A stretch of 64,000 nt of DNA from NCBI GenBank assembly GCA_043826505.1, contig JBDRQC010000008.1, positions 15,606-79,605 on the forward strand, given 5' to 3'. The translations under genes and the position numbers were made by a program. Below, piece after piece: positions 9,557-17,745 of the stretch. The notes beneath the pieces are model-generated. The model had not been told where the DNA came from and did no database searches. It saw nothing but the letters and a program-made list of their open reading frames with translations. Source of the DNA: Chrysiogenia bacterium. GTDB lineage: Bacteria; Acidobacteriota; Aminicenantia; UBA2199. The stretch's first letter is position 1, and each line of letters begins with the position of its first letter.

Positions 9557-10304
9557 TTTTGATGACTTCCTTAGCCAGCTCCTGGTATTCTATTGCTCCC
9601 CTTGAATTAGGGGCAAACGTGAATATCGATTCTTTGTAAGCAGGGCTCTCCTCGAGACGGACATTTTTTGAAATGATGGTTTTAAACACCCGATCGCCGA
9701 ACACTTTACGAATATGGGCTTCACTGTCCTTGGCGATCACGATTCGCTTGTCATACAGCGTAATGAGCACTCCCAGCAAACCCAGGTCAGGATTGCTGCG
9801 CGCCCTTACTTTTTCAAAGGTTTCCAGCAGATCATCGGTGCCTTCAAGGGCAAAATATGAAGATTGAATGGGAATAATCAAATGAGTGGCCGCTACAAAA
9901 GCGTTGATGGTGATCAAGCCGAGCGTTGGCGGTGTATCGATGATGATAAAATCAAACTTGTATTTAAACGTATCCAGCTTGTCCTTCAAACGGAAATGGC
10001 CGTCGATCTCCCCCACCAGCTTGGATTCCAGCTTTGCCAGTGCGATCGAGGCCGGCAGCAGGGTCAAATTGATAATGCTTGTTTGCAGCGCAACTTCTTC
10101 GAAGGTCAACTCCGGATTTTCCAGCAGGTCGAACACTGAGTTTTTCTGTTCGCTGCGATCCACAAAAGTAACCGTGGAATTAGCCTGTGGATCCATGTCA
10201 ATAAGAAGTGTCTTATAGCCCATCAACGCAAAGGCCGCTGCCAGATTGATCGATGAGGTGGTTTTGCCCACGCCCCCTTTTTGATTGGCGATGGTGATGA
10301 TCAC
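9549..10304 (-). CDS. parA: Chromosome partitioning ATPase ParA/Soj
   Basis: Deviant Walker A IANQKGGVGKTT and LLIDMDPQAN. GTG start at 10304 with an AAGGAG SD 6 nt upstream. Confidence 0.9.
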   Translation of the reverse strand: MIITIANQKGGVGKTTSSINLAAAFALMGYKTLLIDMDPQANSTVTFVDRSEQKNSVFDLLENPELTFEEVALQTSIINLTLLPASIALAKLESKLVGEIDGHFRLKDKLDTFKYKFDFIIIDTPPTLGLITINAFVAATHLIIPIQSSYFALEGTDDLLETFEKVRARSNPDLGLLGVLITLYDKRIVIAKDSEAHIRKVFGDRVFKTIISKNVRLEESPAYKESIFTFAPNSRGAIEYQELAKEVIKNA

Positions 10305-10328
10305 GTTTTCTCCTTAATTGGACAGGTC

Positions 10329-10357
10329 ATGATAAATGATTGACAATTGAATGTCAA
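10329..10357 (-). promoter_or_regulatory. Putative parAB promoter
   Basis: On the minus strand: TTGACA (10357-10352), 17-nt spacer, TATCAT (10334-10329). An AAGGAG SD and a GTG start follow. Confidence 0.5.
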
Positions 10358-10384
10358 TAGAAAAAATGAGTGTCAATGTTCGCA

Positions 10385-10402
10385 ATGTCGACATGTCGAC
10401 AT
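10385..10402. repeat. Perfect 18-bp palindrome upstream of the parA promoter
   Basis: ATGTCGACATGTCGACAT, two overlapping ATGTCGACAT units. It is adjacent to three TGTCAA/TTGACA motifs (10340, 10352, 10371). Confidence 0.7.
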
Positions 10403-10574
10403 AAAAAAAGGGAGGACAGAGGGAAAACAAAGAGAAGAAAAAGGGAGAGGCAGATGGAAGAGAATTTATAAAAAATTCCCTAAATGCCTTTGTTTTTTTC
10501 TATCACCCCTATTCTTCCCTCTCTCTTCCCTTCTCTTCTCTATGATTGCAGGGAAAAGGCAAGCGATATAGGGA

Positions 10575-11885
10575 TTAGCGTGATGCAGAAATCTTGAAAA
10601 AGATGGGTATGCCCTGAAAGTGCAATTCCTGGGTGAATCTTTTTTTCAGATACATTTCATCAGCCGCTTTGAGTTTCAGAGGAGATTTGCAATGGAATTT
10701 AATGAAAAATGGCCGCTGTGACTCAATGGAAATGTATTTGGGACTGAATATGCGATGATCTGCTGTAGTCAGCTTTCTTTCACGCAGCAGCTTTTTTGCC
10801 AATTCATTGAATGATGAAAGTTTTATTTTTTCATCCAATTTAGCCATGACGCTTTCGGCCAGATCCAGCATTTGAAAAATATTTTTTCCGGTTTTTGCGG
10901 AAACGGCAATAAAATCGGCAAAATAAAGGGCATTGAAGCGGCTATGAATTTGAGCGAAAAGCTTGTTGCTGCCTGTGTTTTCGGATAACAGGTCGGCCTT
11001 GTTGGCGGCAATGATAACCGGTTTTGCAGCCTTGACGATCTTTTGGGCAATCAGAAGATCGTTTTGATCGACACGCTTGGATATATCGATAATAAAAATA
11101 ATTATGTCTGCTGCGCGCATTTCTTTTTCAGCACGGATGACGGCAGCGCTTTCGGTGTCTTCCTTGACCTTCTGCAGTTTTCTGATACCGGCATTATCCA
11201 CCAAAATGAACCGCTGGCGGTTGCGTATTACTTCCAGGTCAATTGAATCCCTGGTGGTGCCCGGCAAGGGGCTGACGATAACCAATTCATCATTCAATAT
11301 CTTGTTAATAATGGAAGATTTGCCTACATTCGGTTTACCAATAATGCTTATCCTGGGGGCATTGTTGAGATCAGGAACAACGGGTGTCGAGTTTTGCAGT
11401 AGATTGGTGATTTGCTCGAGAAGAACTTCCACCCCAAGATTGTGTTCGGCGGAAATATAGACAAAATCAGTGTTTAGTTCAAAATATGTCGATGGCGTGA
11501 TGAATCGATCAAGATTATCGACTTTGTTCAATACCGGGATAATAGGTTTATGCAGCCTTTTAATCTGCAGATACAGATCTTTTTCATATCCAAGCAATTC
11601 TCTTTTGCCGTCAAATAAAAATATGATCAGATCCGATTTTTCAGCGGCCCTTAAAATTTTTTTGTTGATTTCAAGGGTTATGATCTCTTTATCAGGGAAA
11701 AAGCCACCGCTGTCCTGCAGAGCGAACCATTGTTCATTTATTTTGACTTTTTGGCGGAAGATGTCCCTGGTCATCCCTGGCAGGGAATGAACCAGGGCTT
11801 TCCTTTTGCCGAGAATGCGGTTAAAAAGAGTTGATTTTCCGGTATTTGGAACACCGACGATGGTAATTAAAGGAATTATGCCCAT
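10575..11885 (-). CDS. der: Ribosome-associated GTPase Der/EngA
   Basis: Two tandem GTPase domains (GVPNTGKST and GKPNVGKSS P-loops, two NKxD motifs) plus a KH-like C-terminus. Confidence 0.9.
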   Translation of the reverse strand: MGIIPLITIVGVPNTGKSTLFNRILGKRKALVHSLPGMTRDIFRQKVKINEQWFALQDSGGFFPDKEIITLEINKKILRAAEKSDLIIFLFDGKRELLGYEKDLYLQIKRLHKPIIPVLNKVDNLDRFITPSTYFELNTDFVYISAEHNLGVEVLLEQITNLLQNSTPVVPDLNNAPRISIIGKPNVGKSSIINKILNDELVIVSPLPGTTRDSIDLEVIRNRQRFILVDNAGIRKLQKVKEDTESAAVIRAEKEMRAADIIIFIIDISKRVDQNDLLIAQKIVKAAKPVIIAANKADLLSENTGSNKLFAQIHSRFNALYFADFIAVSAKTGKNIFQMLDLAESVMAKLDEKIKLSSFNELAKKLLRERKLTTADHRIFSPKYISIESQRPFFIKFHCKSPLKLKAADEMYLKKRFTQELHFQGIPIFFKISASR

Positions 11886-11901
11886 TTGTAATTCATCTGC
11901 C

Positions 11902-11921
11902 GGTCGGGTTGCAAACCCGCC
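11902..11921. repeat. GC-rich hairpin between ispF and der (REP-like)
   Basis: CGGGTT-GCA-AACCCG with GG/CC extension. The minus strand reads GGGGCGGGTTTGCAACCCGACC. Confidence 0.5.
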
Positions 11922-11957
11922 CCAACTCAGTTTGGTTTAATTTCTTAACTAACACTC

Positions 11958-12464
11958 TCATTGTCCTTCCGTTGGGTTGCTCTTCAAGCGGATCATGGCC
12001 ATACTGAAACATTCGAGAGCCTCTCCCCTGCCTACGGCATCGAGCTTTTCTTTGCTCTTGGCTTTTAAATTGAAATCAGATTGGGGAATCCCCAATATAT
12101 CGGTGATATTTTTTGCTATGGCTATTTTAAAGGGGCTGATCTTGGGTTCTTCAATGACCAGTACGCAATCCAGGTTGAGTATTTCGAAATTGTTGGCAGC
12201 CAGCAATTGCTTGACCTTGTTCAGTAAAACTGAACCGGTAATGCCCTTGAAGGCCGGATCGTTGTCGGGAAACAACTCCCCGATATCGGGCTGGCCTCCC
12301 ATGGCCCCCAGCAAAGCGTCGATCAGGGAATGGATCAGCACATCTCCATCGGAATGAGCTTGCGCCGCAAGGGAATCGCTGACTTTCACTCCGCCAATCA
12401 TCAATCCGTTTCCATGGACCAGCCTGTGAATATCGTAACCGATCCCTGAACGGATTTTTATCAT
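11958..12464 (-). CDS. ispF: 2-C-methyl-D-erythritol 2,4-cyclodiphosphate synthase
   Basis: GIGYDIHRL and HSDGDVLIHSLIDALLGA motifs. Confidence 0.9.
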   Translation of the reverse strand: MIKIRSGIGYDIHRLVHGNGLMIGGVKVSDSLAAQAHSDGDVLIHSLIDALLGAMGGQPDIGELFPDNDPAFKGITGSVLLNKVKQLLAANNFEILNLDCVLVIEEPKISPFKIAIAKNITDILGIPQSDFNLKAKSKEKLDAVGRGEALECFSMAMIRLKSNPTEGQ

Positions 12465-13447
12465 GAGGTTTTTCTGCCAAAAATTATCTTGCCTGATGTC
12501 GATTGCAGAACCGAAGTCACTTCTATTTCCAATTCGCGGCCGATATCAGTTTTGGCATCATCGACCACGACCATGGTTCCGTCCTCCAGGTAGGCCAACC
12601 CCTGCTTTTTTTCTTTTCCTTCCTTGCTGATCTTGATCTGTAATTTCTCCCCGGGATAAACAATGGGTTTGAGGGCGAAGGCCAGCTCGTTGACGTTCAG
12701 AACCTTGACATCCTGAAGTTTGGCGATCTTGCTCAGATTGACATCATTGGTGATGACCTTGAAATTGTGCTCCTTGGCTAACAAAACAAGTTTCTGGTCG
12801 ACTTCTTTTATGCCGGGAACATTTTTGTTCAAAATCGTTACCGATATTTCCTTGTTCTGCTGAAGCTGTTCGATGACATCCAATCCCCTTTTTCCCCGTA
12901 TTTTTTTATTGGGATCGCTGGAATCGGCGATGAATTGCAGCTCGGCCAGAACAAACTGGGTGATGATCAATTCACCTTCGACGAATCCCGATAGAGCAAT
13001 GGAAACGATCCGGCCGTCAATAATGGCGCTGGTATCGAGAAGATAAGACTGGGTAAAAGCACTGCTGCCCCGAAAAAATTCCTTGATATTCAATGGCGAG
13101 AACATATTGGGCTTGCTGATACCGATGAAAAGACCGGTCACCGGAATACCGAAAAGAAAAAGAGCTTTGAAGAATACATAGGCCGAAAACGACATGGCAA
13201 TCAAGTTGAACAACTGGAAGAGGATCCAGCCGACAGCCACGCCCCCAAGCAAACCCAGAGAGGCGCTCCAAAGGTGCTTTAATTCTGATTTTTTAATTTT
13301 GAAAACCAGCAGCGAGAGTGAAAGGGCGAAAGAGGCGCCGAGCATGGCACCCAGTTCCTTGGAAGTGCCTTGGAATGGCGGGTATGTATAACCGATTAAA
13401 CCGAAAATGACAATGAATATTAATTTATAAAAATAAATGAGCATCAA
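12461..13447 (-). CDS. Membrane-anchored PIN/TRAM domain protein (YacL-like)
   Basis: Four N-terminal TM helices, a PIN domain (LLDTSAIIDGR...) and a C-terminal TRAM-like beta domain. Sits between radA and ispF, as YacL does in Firmicutes. Confidence 0.8.
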   Translation of the reverse strand: MMLIYFYKLIFIVIFGLIGYTYPPFQGTSKELGAMLGASFALSLSLLVFKIKKSELKHLWSASLGLLGGVAVGWILFQLFNLIAMSFSAYVFFKALFLFGIPVTGLFIGISKPNMFSPLNIKEFFRGSSAFTQSYLLDTSAIIDGRIVSIALSGFVEGELIITQFVLAELQFIADSSDPNKKIRGKRGLDVIEQLQQNKEISVTILNKNVPGIKEVDQKLVLLAKEHNFKVITNDVNLSKIAKLQDVKVLNVNELAFALKPIVYPGEKLQIKISKEGKEKKQGLAYLEDGTMVVVDDAKTDIGRELEIEVTSVLQSTSGKIIFGRKTS

Positions 13448-13517
13448 TTTATCTCCTTATAATGAAATTTAATATAGTTTAATGAATAATTAATTGTAAA
13501 CTATTTTATGGAAAATT

Positions 13518-14897
13518 TCAATTGTTGCGGTCAGGTCGCGGCAGTTGTTTTTTAATGAAATCAAGCAAATCGCGGATGTTTTCGATGGAAACAACCGATA
13601 TGTCATGATAATTAGGCGATCGGCTCTGTCCGGCCGGAAGGCACATGGTTGAAAAACCCTGTCTTATAGCCTCTTTCAGCCTGGTCTCCAGGAAACTGAT
13701 CGGCCTGATCTCACCGGTCAGCCCGACCTCCCCCATGATGATCGAATTGGGGCGGGGGTTGATATTTTTGTAACTGGATATCAGGGCTGAACATACGGCC
13801 AGATCTGCGGCCGGTTCACGAATGACCATGCCTCCGGTTATGTTCAGGAAGACATCGGATTTATAAAAAGGCAATTTCAGTTTTTTCTCAATGATCGATA
13901 TGAGCATGGACAATCGATAATTGTCAAAACCAATGGCGATTCGCCGCGGATTGCCGGCAAACGGGCTTTCGCTTACCAGGGCCTGTATCTCGGTAAGCAG
14001 AGGGCGCAAGCCGTTCATGGCCGGAAAAATAGCGGTCCCTGGAGCTGGAGCCTGGCGGTTCTGAATCAATATTTGCGAAGGGTCGTTCACTGAGGTCAAG
14101 CCTTTTTCGCTCATTTGAAAAATGCCTATCTCATTCATTGGACCAAAGCGGTTTTTTTCGGCGCGCAGGAGCCTGATATCGGTTTGCGTCTCACCCTGGA
14201 AATAGAGGACGGCATCCACCATGTGTTCAAGCGTTTTGGGCCCGGCCAACTGCCCCTCTTTGGTGATATGACCGATAATGAAAACGGTGATGCCGCTTTT
14301 TTTTGTCAGTTCTATTATCTCCGCGGTCACGTAGCGCAGCGATGAAACAGAGCCGCTCAGGGCCGCGGTTTTTTTGGAGGTGATGGTCTGAATGGAGTCG
14401 ATGATCAGAAAATCGGGCATGAGTTCCCTGACGTGGCTTTTCAGATCCTCCAGGGTTCCGATAGTGAACAGGAAAATGTTGTCGGAATGGATGGCCAGTC
14501 TTTCGGCCCTGAGCTTGATCTGCAGTGCCGATTCTTCACCGGAATAGTACAGCACTTTCTTGCCTTGCGCTGACAGCAGCGCCGATACCTCCAGGAGCAA
14601 GGTGGATTTACCCACCCCGGGTTCGCCGCCTATCAGGATAACCGAATGGCTGACGATGCCGCCGCCCAGCACGCGGTCGAATTCGTCCATGCCGGTTACC
14701 AACCGCCCGATCTGGCGCGGATCGATCTCACTGATCTTTTGCGGCAAATTTACCGGCGTTGATTCGCCGGCAGCGGCCGTTTCCCCGCTTTCGCTTTCAA
14801 CCATGGTGTTCCATTCCTGGCATTGCGGACAGCGTCCATAGTATTTTGGGCTTTGGAATCCGCACTCGATGCATTCGAACTGGCCGGTAGCCTTCAT
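13518..14897 (-). CDS. radA: DNA repair protein RadA/Sms
   Basis: N-terminal zinc finger CIECGFQSPKYYGRCPQC, Walker A GGEPGVGKST, KNRFG motif and a Lon-like C-terminal domain. Confidence 0.92.
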   Translation of the reverse strand: MKATGQFECIECGFQSPKYYGRCPQCQEWNTMVESESGETAAAGESTPVNLPQKISEIDPRQIGRLVTGMDEFDRVLGGGIVSHSVILIGGEPGVGKSTLLLEVSALLSAQGKKVLYYSGEESALQIKLRAERLAIHSDNIFLFTIGTLEDLKSHVRELMPDFLIIDSIQTITSKKTAALSGSVSSLRYVTAEIIELTKKSGITVFIIGHITKEGQLAGPKTLEHMVDAVLYFQGETQTDIRLLRAEKNRFGPMNEIGIFQMSEKGLTSVNDPSQILIQNRQAPAPGTAIFPAMNGLRPLLTEIQALVSESPFAGNPRRIAIGFDNYRLSMLISIIEKKLKLPFYKSDVFLNITGGMVIREPAADLAVCSALISSYKNINPRPNSIIMGEVGLTGEIRPISFLETRLKEAIRQGFSTMCLPAGQSRSPNYHDISVVSIENIRDLLDFIKKQLPRPDRNN

Positions 14898-14901
14898 ATT
14901 T

Positions 14902-16221
14902 TTAGTTGCCGAAACTGATCCCTATCATGAATTCACGGTTCTGCGGCTGCAGCAGATCGTAATAACCGGCCTGAACATGGATGTTTTTCGACAGTGAAAA
15001 ACGCAGCATGGATTTCAAAAGCGGATTCTTTTCACGGTTGAACCGGTATGCATACATATCGAGGCTCAGCCTGTTGTCCAGAATGCTCAGGCTCAAGGCC
15101 GCGCCCAGATCCGATTCGATCAGCCCGGCGCTTACGGAAAAAGCCGAGATTTTTTTACCGCCCAGGGCGGTGAAGCGCGGATCGCCGCTGACGGGATCCT
15201 CGTTCACTCCGGTCATGATCAGAAAGCTCGGTCCGGAGATGTCCATTGCCAGTGCCGAGCGGGCTTTATTAAGTCTGGTAAAATAATCGAAATGAACGGC
15301 ATAATTAAAGGTGATGGCATCCAGGTTTTTTTTCTTTTTTTCCAGGTCCTGCAGCATGGACTGGACGGAACTGACCGACGCGTCGATCTTTTTATACAAT
15401 TCCTCGTCCTGAAGCAGCTTTCCGGCCGTGCCCTTGCCCTGGCGCAGATCGTCGCTGATCCGGGTCAGGTCGACGGCGATGCGATCGATCTTCTCGCTGG
15501 TGCTTTTAAGATCCCCGAGCAGGCCTTTTTGGTCGTCTGCGAAAGCCGAATCCATTTCCTTGATGAAATGATCCACCATGTCCACGGTTCGCGACATTTT
15601 CAGCGAGATCTGGTCCATGTTCTCCAAGACCCGGCCGACTTGGCCGGTTTCAGCGAGCATGGAATTCAGTTTATCGGTGATGGATCTTAAATTGATGAAA
15701 GACGCGCGCAGGGATTCCTTGGAATACTTGTCCGAAATGATATCGTTGATGGAATCGGTGATCTTGATGGTGCGATCGTAAATATTGTCGAATTTAGCCT
15801 TCAATTCGTCAAGATTGAAAGGTTCGATCACCAGTATTTCGCCTCCAGGCTCGATTTCTTTGGTGAGTGGATTATTGAATTCATCCTTGTAGACGATCTC
15901 AATGTATTTCTCACCTACAAAGCCGACTGTGGCAATGATGGCCCGGGCGTCATCCAGGATACGGTAGCGCTTGTTGATCATCATGCGTACCACAGCCTTG
16001 CGCCCTTCGAGGGTTATTTTACCCACGAGGCCGATCTTCACCCCGGCCAGGCGCACCGGCGCGGTCGTATACATGCCGGCTACCGATGCGAATTTGCCGT
16101 AAATCGGATAGCGTTTGCCCTTGGAAAAGAATTCGCTGCAGGATTCGGTTTTGATGATGAAATAGGAAAAAACAACGAACACGACCATCAGGAAAATTCC
16201 CAGTTTAATTTCTTTCTTCAT
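14902..16221 (-). CDS. MCE/MlaD family protein with extended helical and beta-rich C-terminal regions
   Basis: N-terminal TM helix and a single MCE domain (residues about 40-125). This is followed by about 170 aa of helix-like sequence and about 140 aa of alternating-hydrophobic beta-like sequence. Immediately downstream of the mlaE/mlaF-like genes. Confidence 0.8.
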   Translation of the reverse strand: MKKEIKLGIFLMVVFVVFSYFIIKTESCSEFFSKGKRYPIYGKFASVAGMYTTAPVRLAGVKIGLVGKITLEGRKAVVRMMINKRYRILDDARAIIATVGFVGEKYIEIVYKDEFNNPLTKEIEPGGEILVIEPFNLDELKAKFDNIYDRTIKITDSINDIISDKYSKESLRASFINLRSITDKLNSMLAETGQVGRVLENMDQISLKMSRTVDMVDHFIKEMDSAFADDQKGLLGDLKSTSEKIDRIAVDLTRISDDLRQGKGTAGKLLQDEELYKKIDASVSSVQSMLQDLEKKKKNLDAITFNYAVHFDYFTRLNKARSALAMDISGPSFLIMTGVNEDPVSGDPRFTALGGKKISAFSVSAGLIESDLGAALSLSILDNRLSLDMYAYRFNREKNPLLKSMLRFSLSKNIHVQAGYYDLLQPQNREFMIGISFGN

Positions 16222-16225
16222 ATTT

Positions 16226-16972
16226 TCACCTTATCTTGATAGGTCCTTCGGCCCTGCCTTCGATGAATTGCCGGACCACGGCGTTTTTGGTGTTGCGGAT
16301 CTCCTCTGGGTTGCCGGTTTCAATGATCTCCCCTTCGAAAAGGACCGCAATTTTATCGGAAATCTTGTAGGCGCTGACCATGTCGTGGGTAATGACAATG
16401 GATGTGATGCGCGGATCGGCGCTGACCTTTATGATCAGCTCGTTGATCATGTCGGCCATGATTGGATCCAGGCCGGTGGTGGGCTCGTCGAACATGATGA
16501 TGGCTGGTTCCTTGGCAATGACCCGGGCGATGGCCACCCTTTTTTTCATGCCGCCGCTGAGTTCCGCCGGCAGCAACTGGGCAATGTCCGAGAGCCCGAC
16601 CTGGTTCAGGCTGCGCTCGATTATCAAATCGATGGCCGCGGCATCCATATCCTTGCGATTCTTTATGCCGAAAGCCACGTTCGCGCCCACGCTCAAGGAA
16701 TCGAAAAGGGCTCCGCTTTGAAAAACCATGCCAAACTTGTCAACCATGCGGTAGAGGTCTTTTTCCCTCATTTTGGTGATGTCCTCGCCTTCCACCAAAA
16801 TGGACCCGGAATCGGGCTTCATCAGGCCGATGATATGCTTGAAAAGGACGCTCTTGCCGCTGCCGCTGCCGCCGATAATGGTCGTTGTCTGACCGGGCTC
16901 GATGACCAGGTTGACCCCCTGCAGGACCTTTTTATCGGCGAACGATTTATGAAGATCGCGGATTTCTATCAT
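16226..16972 (-). CDS. mlaF: ABC transporter ATP-binding protein (MlaF-like)
   Basis: Walker A GGSGSGKS, signature LSGGMKKR and Walker B IMFDEPT. The ATG at 16972 forms an ATGA overlap with the permease stop; the longer ORF-track N-terminus is out-of-family. Confidence 0.88.
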   Translation of the reverse strand: MIEIRDLHKSFADKKVLQGVNLVIEPGQTTTIIGGSGSGKSVLFKHIIGLMKPDSGSILVEGEDITKMREKDLYRMVDKFGMVFQSGALFDSLSVGANVAFGIKNRKDMDAAAIDLIIERSLNQVGLSDIAQLLPAELSGGMKKRVAIARVIAKEPAIIMFDEPTTGLDPIMADMINELIIKVSADPRITSIVITHDMVSAYKISDKIAVLFEGEIIETGNPEEIRNTKNAVVRQFIEGRAEGPIKIR

Positions 16973-17745
16973 CGCAGGCTGAAGGGCAGGATCTTGGTCC
17001 AAAAGAAGTCGGAAACCAGGATGATCACCGAGGACACAACCACTGCGGTGGTGGTGGCCTGCCCCACTCCCTTGGCCCCACCTTGGGTTTTCAAACCGAA
17101 ATAGCTGCCGATAACGGCGATGGTCAACCCGAAAAAAACGGACTTGATCAATCCCGACAGCACATCCCATATCTCCAGGGAGATAAAGAGCTGGGAATCG
17201 AACAAATTGGGATTCTGGTTGACCACCAGGACTGCGACCAACCTGCCGCCCATGATGCCGACAAAATCGCCGAAAAGGGTGAGCAGAGGGGTCATGATGA
17301 CCAGGGCGATCAGGCGCGGGCTGACCAGGTATTTAACCGGGTTGACTCCGAAAGTGAACAGGGCGTCGACCTGCTCGGTGACAACCATGGTGCCGATCTC
17401 GGCGCTGTAGGAAGCGCTGACCCTGCCGGCCAGCATCAGACCGGTCAGCACCGGGATCAGCTCTTTGGTCAGGCTGACCCCGACCAGGGAACCGGTGAAT
17501 ACCTCAGCGCCGAAACGCTGCAAGCCGTAATAGCTCTGCAGGGCCAGAACGCCGCCTGTAAATACTGCCATCAAAAAAATGACCGGGATGGATTTGATCC
17601 CGTCCAGGTACAGGTGGTTCTCGATCATACGGAAGTTGAACGGTCTCTTGAAGATCAAAGCGATCGCCTTGGCCGTCAAAATGAAGATCTCGCCGCTTTT
17701 ACGGGCAAAGCTGGAGAGCGGCTGCCCAATCCTGTTCACCTGCAC
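16969..17745 (-). CDS. mlaE: ABC transporter permease (MlaE-like)
   Basis: 258-aa polytopic membrane protein of MlaE length and topology, upstream of the MlaF/MlaD-like genes. GTG start overlaps the dnaB stop by 1 nt. Confidence 0.85.
   Translation of the reverse strand: MQVNRIGQPLSSFARKSGEIFILTAKAIALIFKRPFNFRMIENHLYLDGIKSIPVIFLMAVFTGGVLALQSYYGLQRFGAEVFTGSLVGVSLTKELIPVLTGLMLAGRVSASYSAEIGTMVVTEQVDALFTFGVNPVKYLVSPRLIALVIMTPLLTLFGDFVGIMGGRLVAVLVVNQNPNLFDSQLFISLEIWDVLSGLIKSVFFGLTIAVIGSYFGLKTQGGAKGVGQATTTAVVVSSVIILVSDFFWTKILPFSLR

Noticed and set aside
10347-10571. 74-aa ORF in the der/parA intergenic region.
   Set aside because: It is a translation of polypurine/polypyrimidine tracts (K/E/G/R-rich, then F/L/S/P-rich). 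There is no SD. The region is better explained as regulatory or terminator sequence.
8439-10574. Possible replication origin or parS sites, given that parAB and dnaB are in the window.
   Set aside because: There is no dnaA gene and no cluster of TTATCCACA-like boxes; only one or two weak matches occur near 8491 and 8672. No sequence matches the TGTTNCACGTGNAACA parS consensus.
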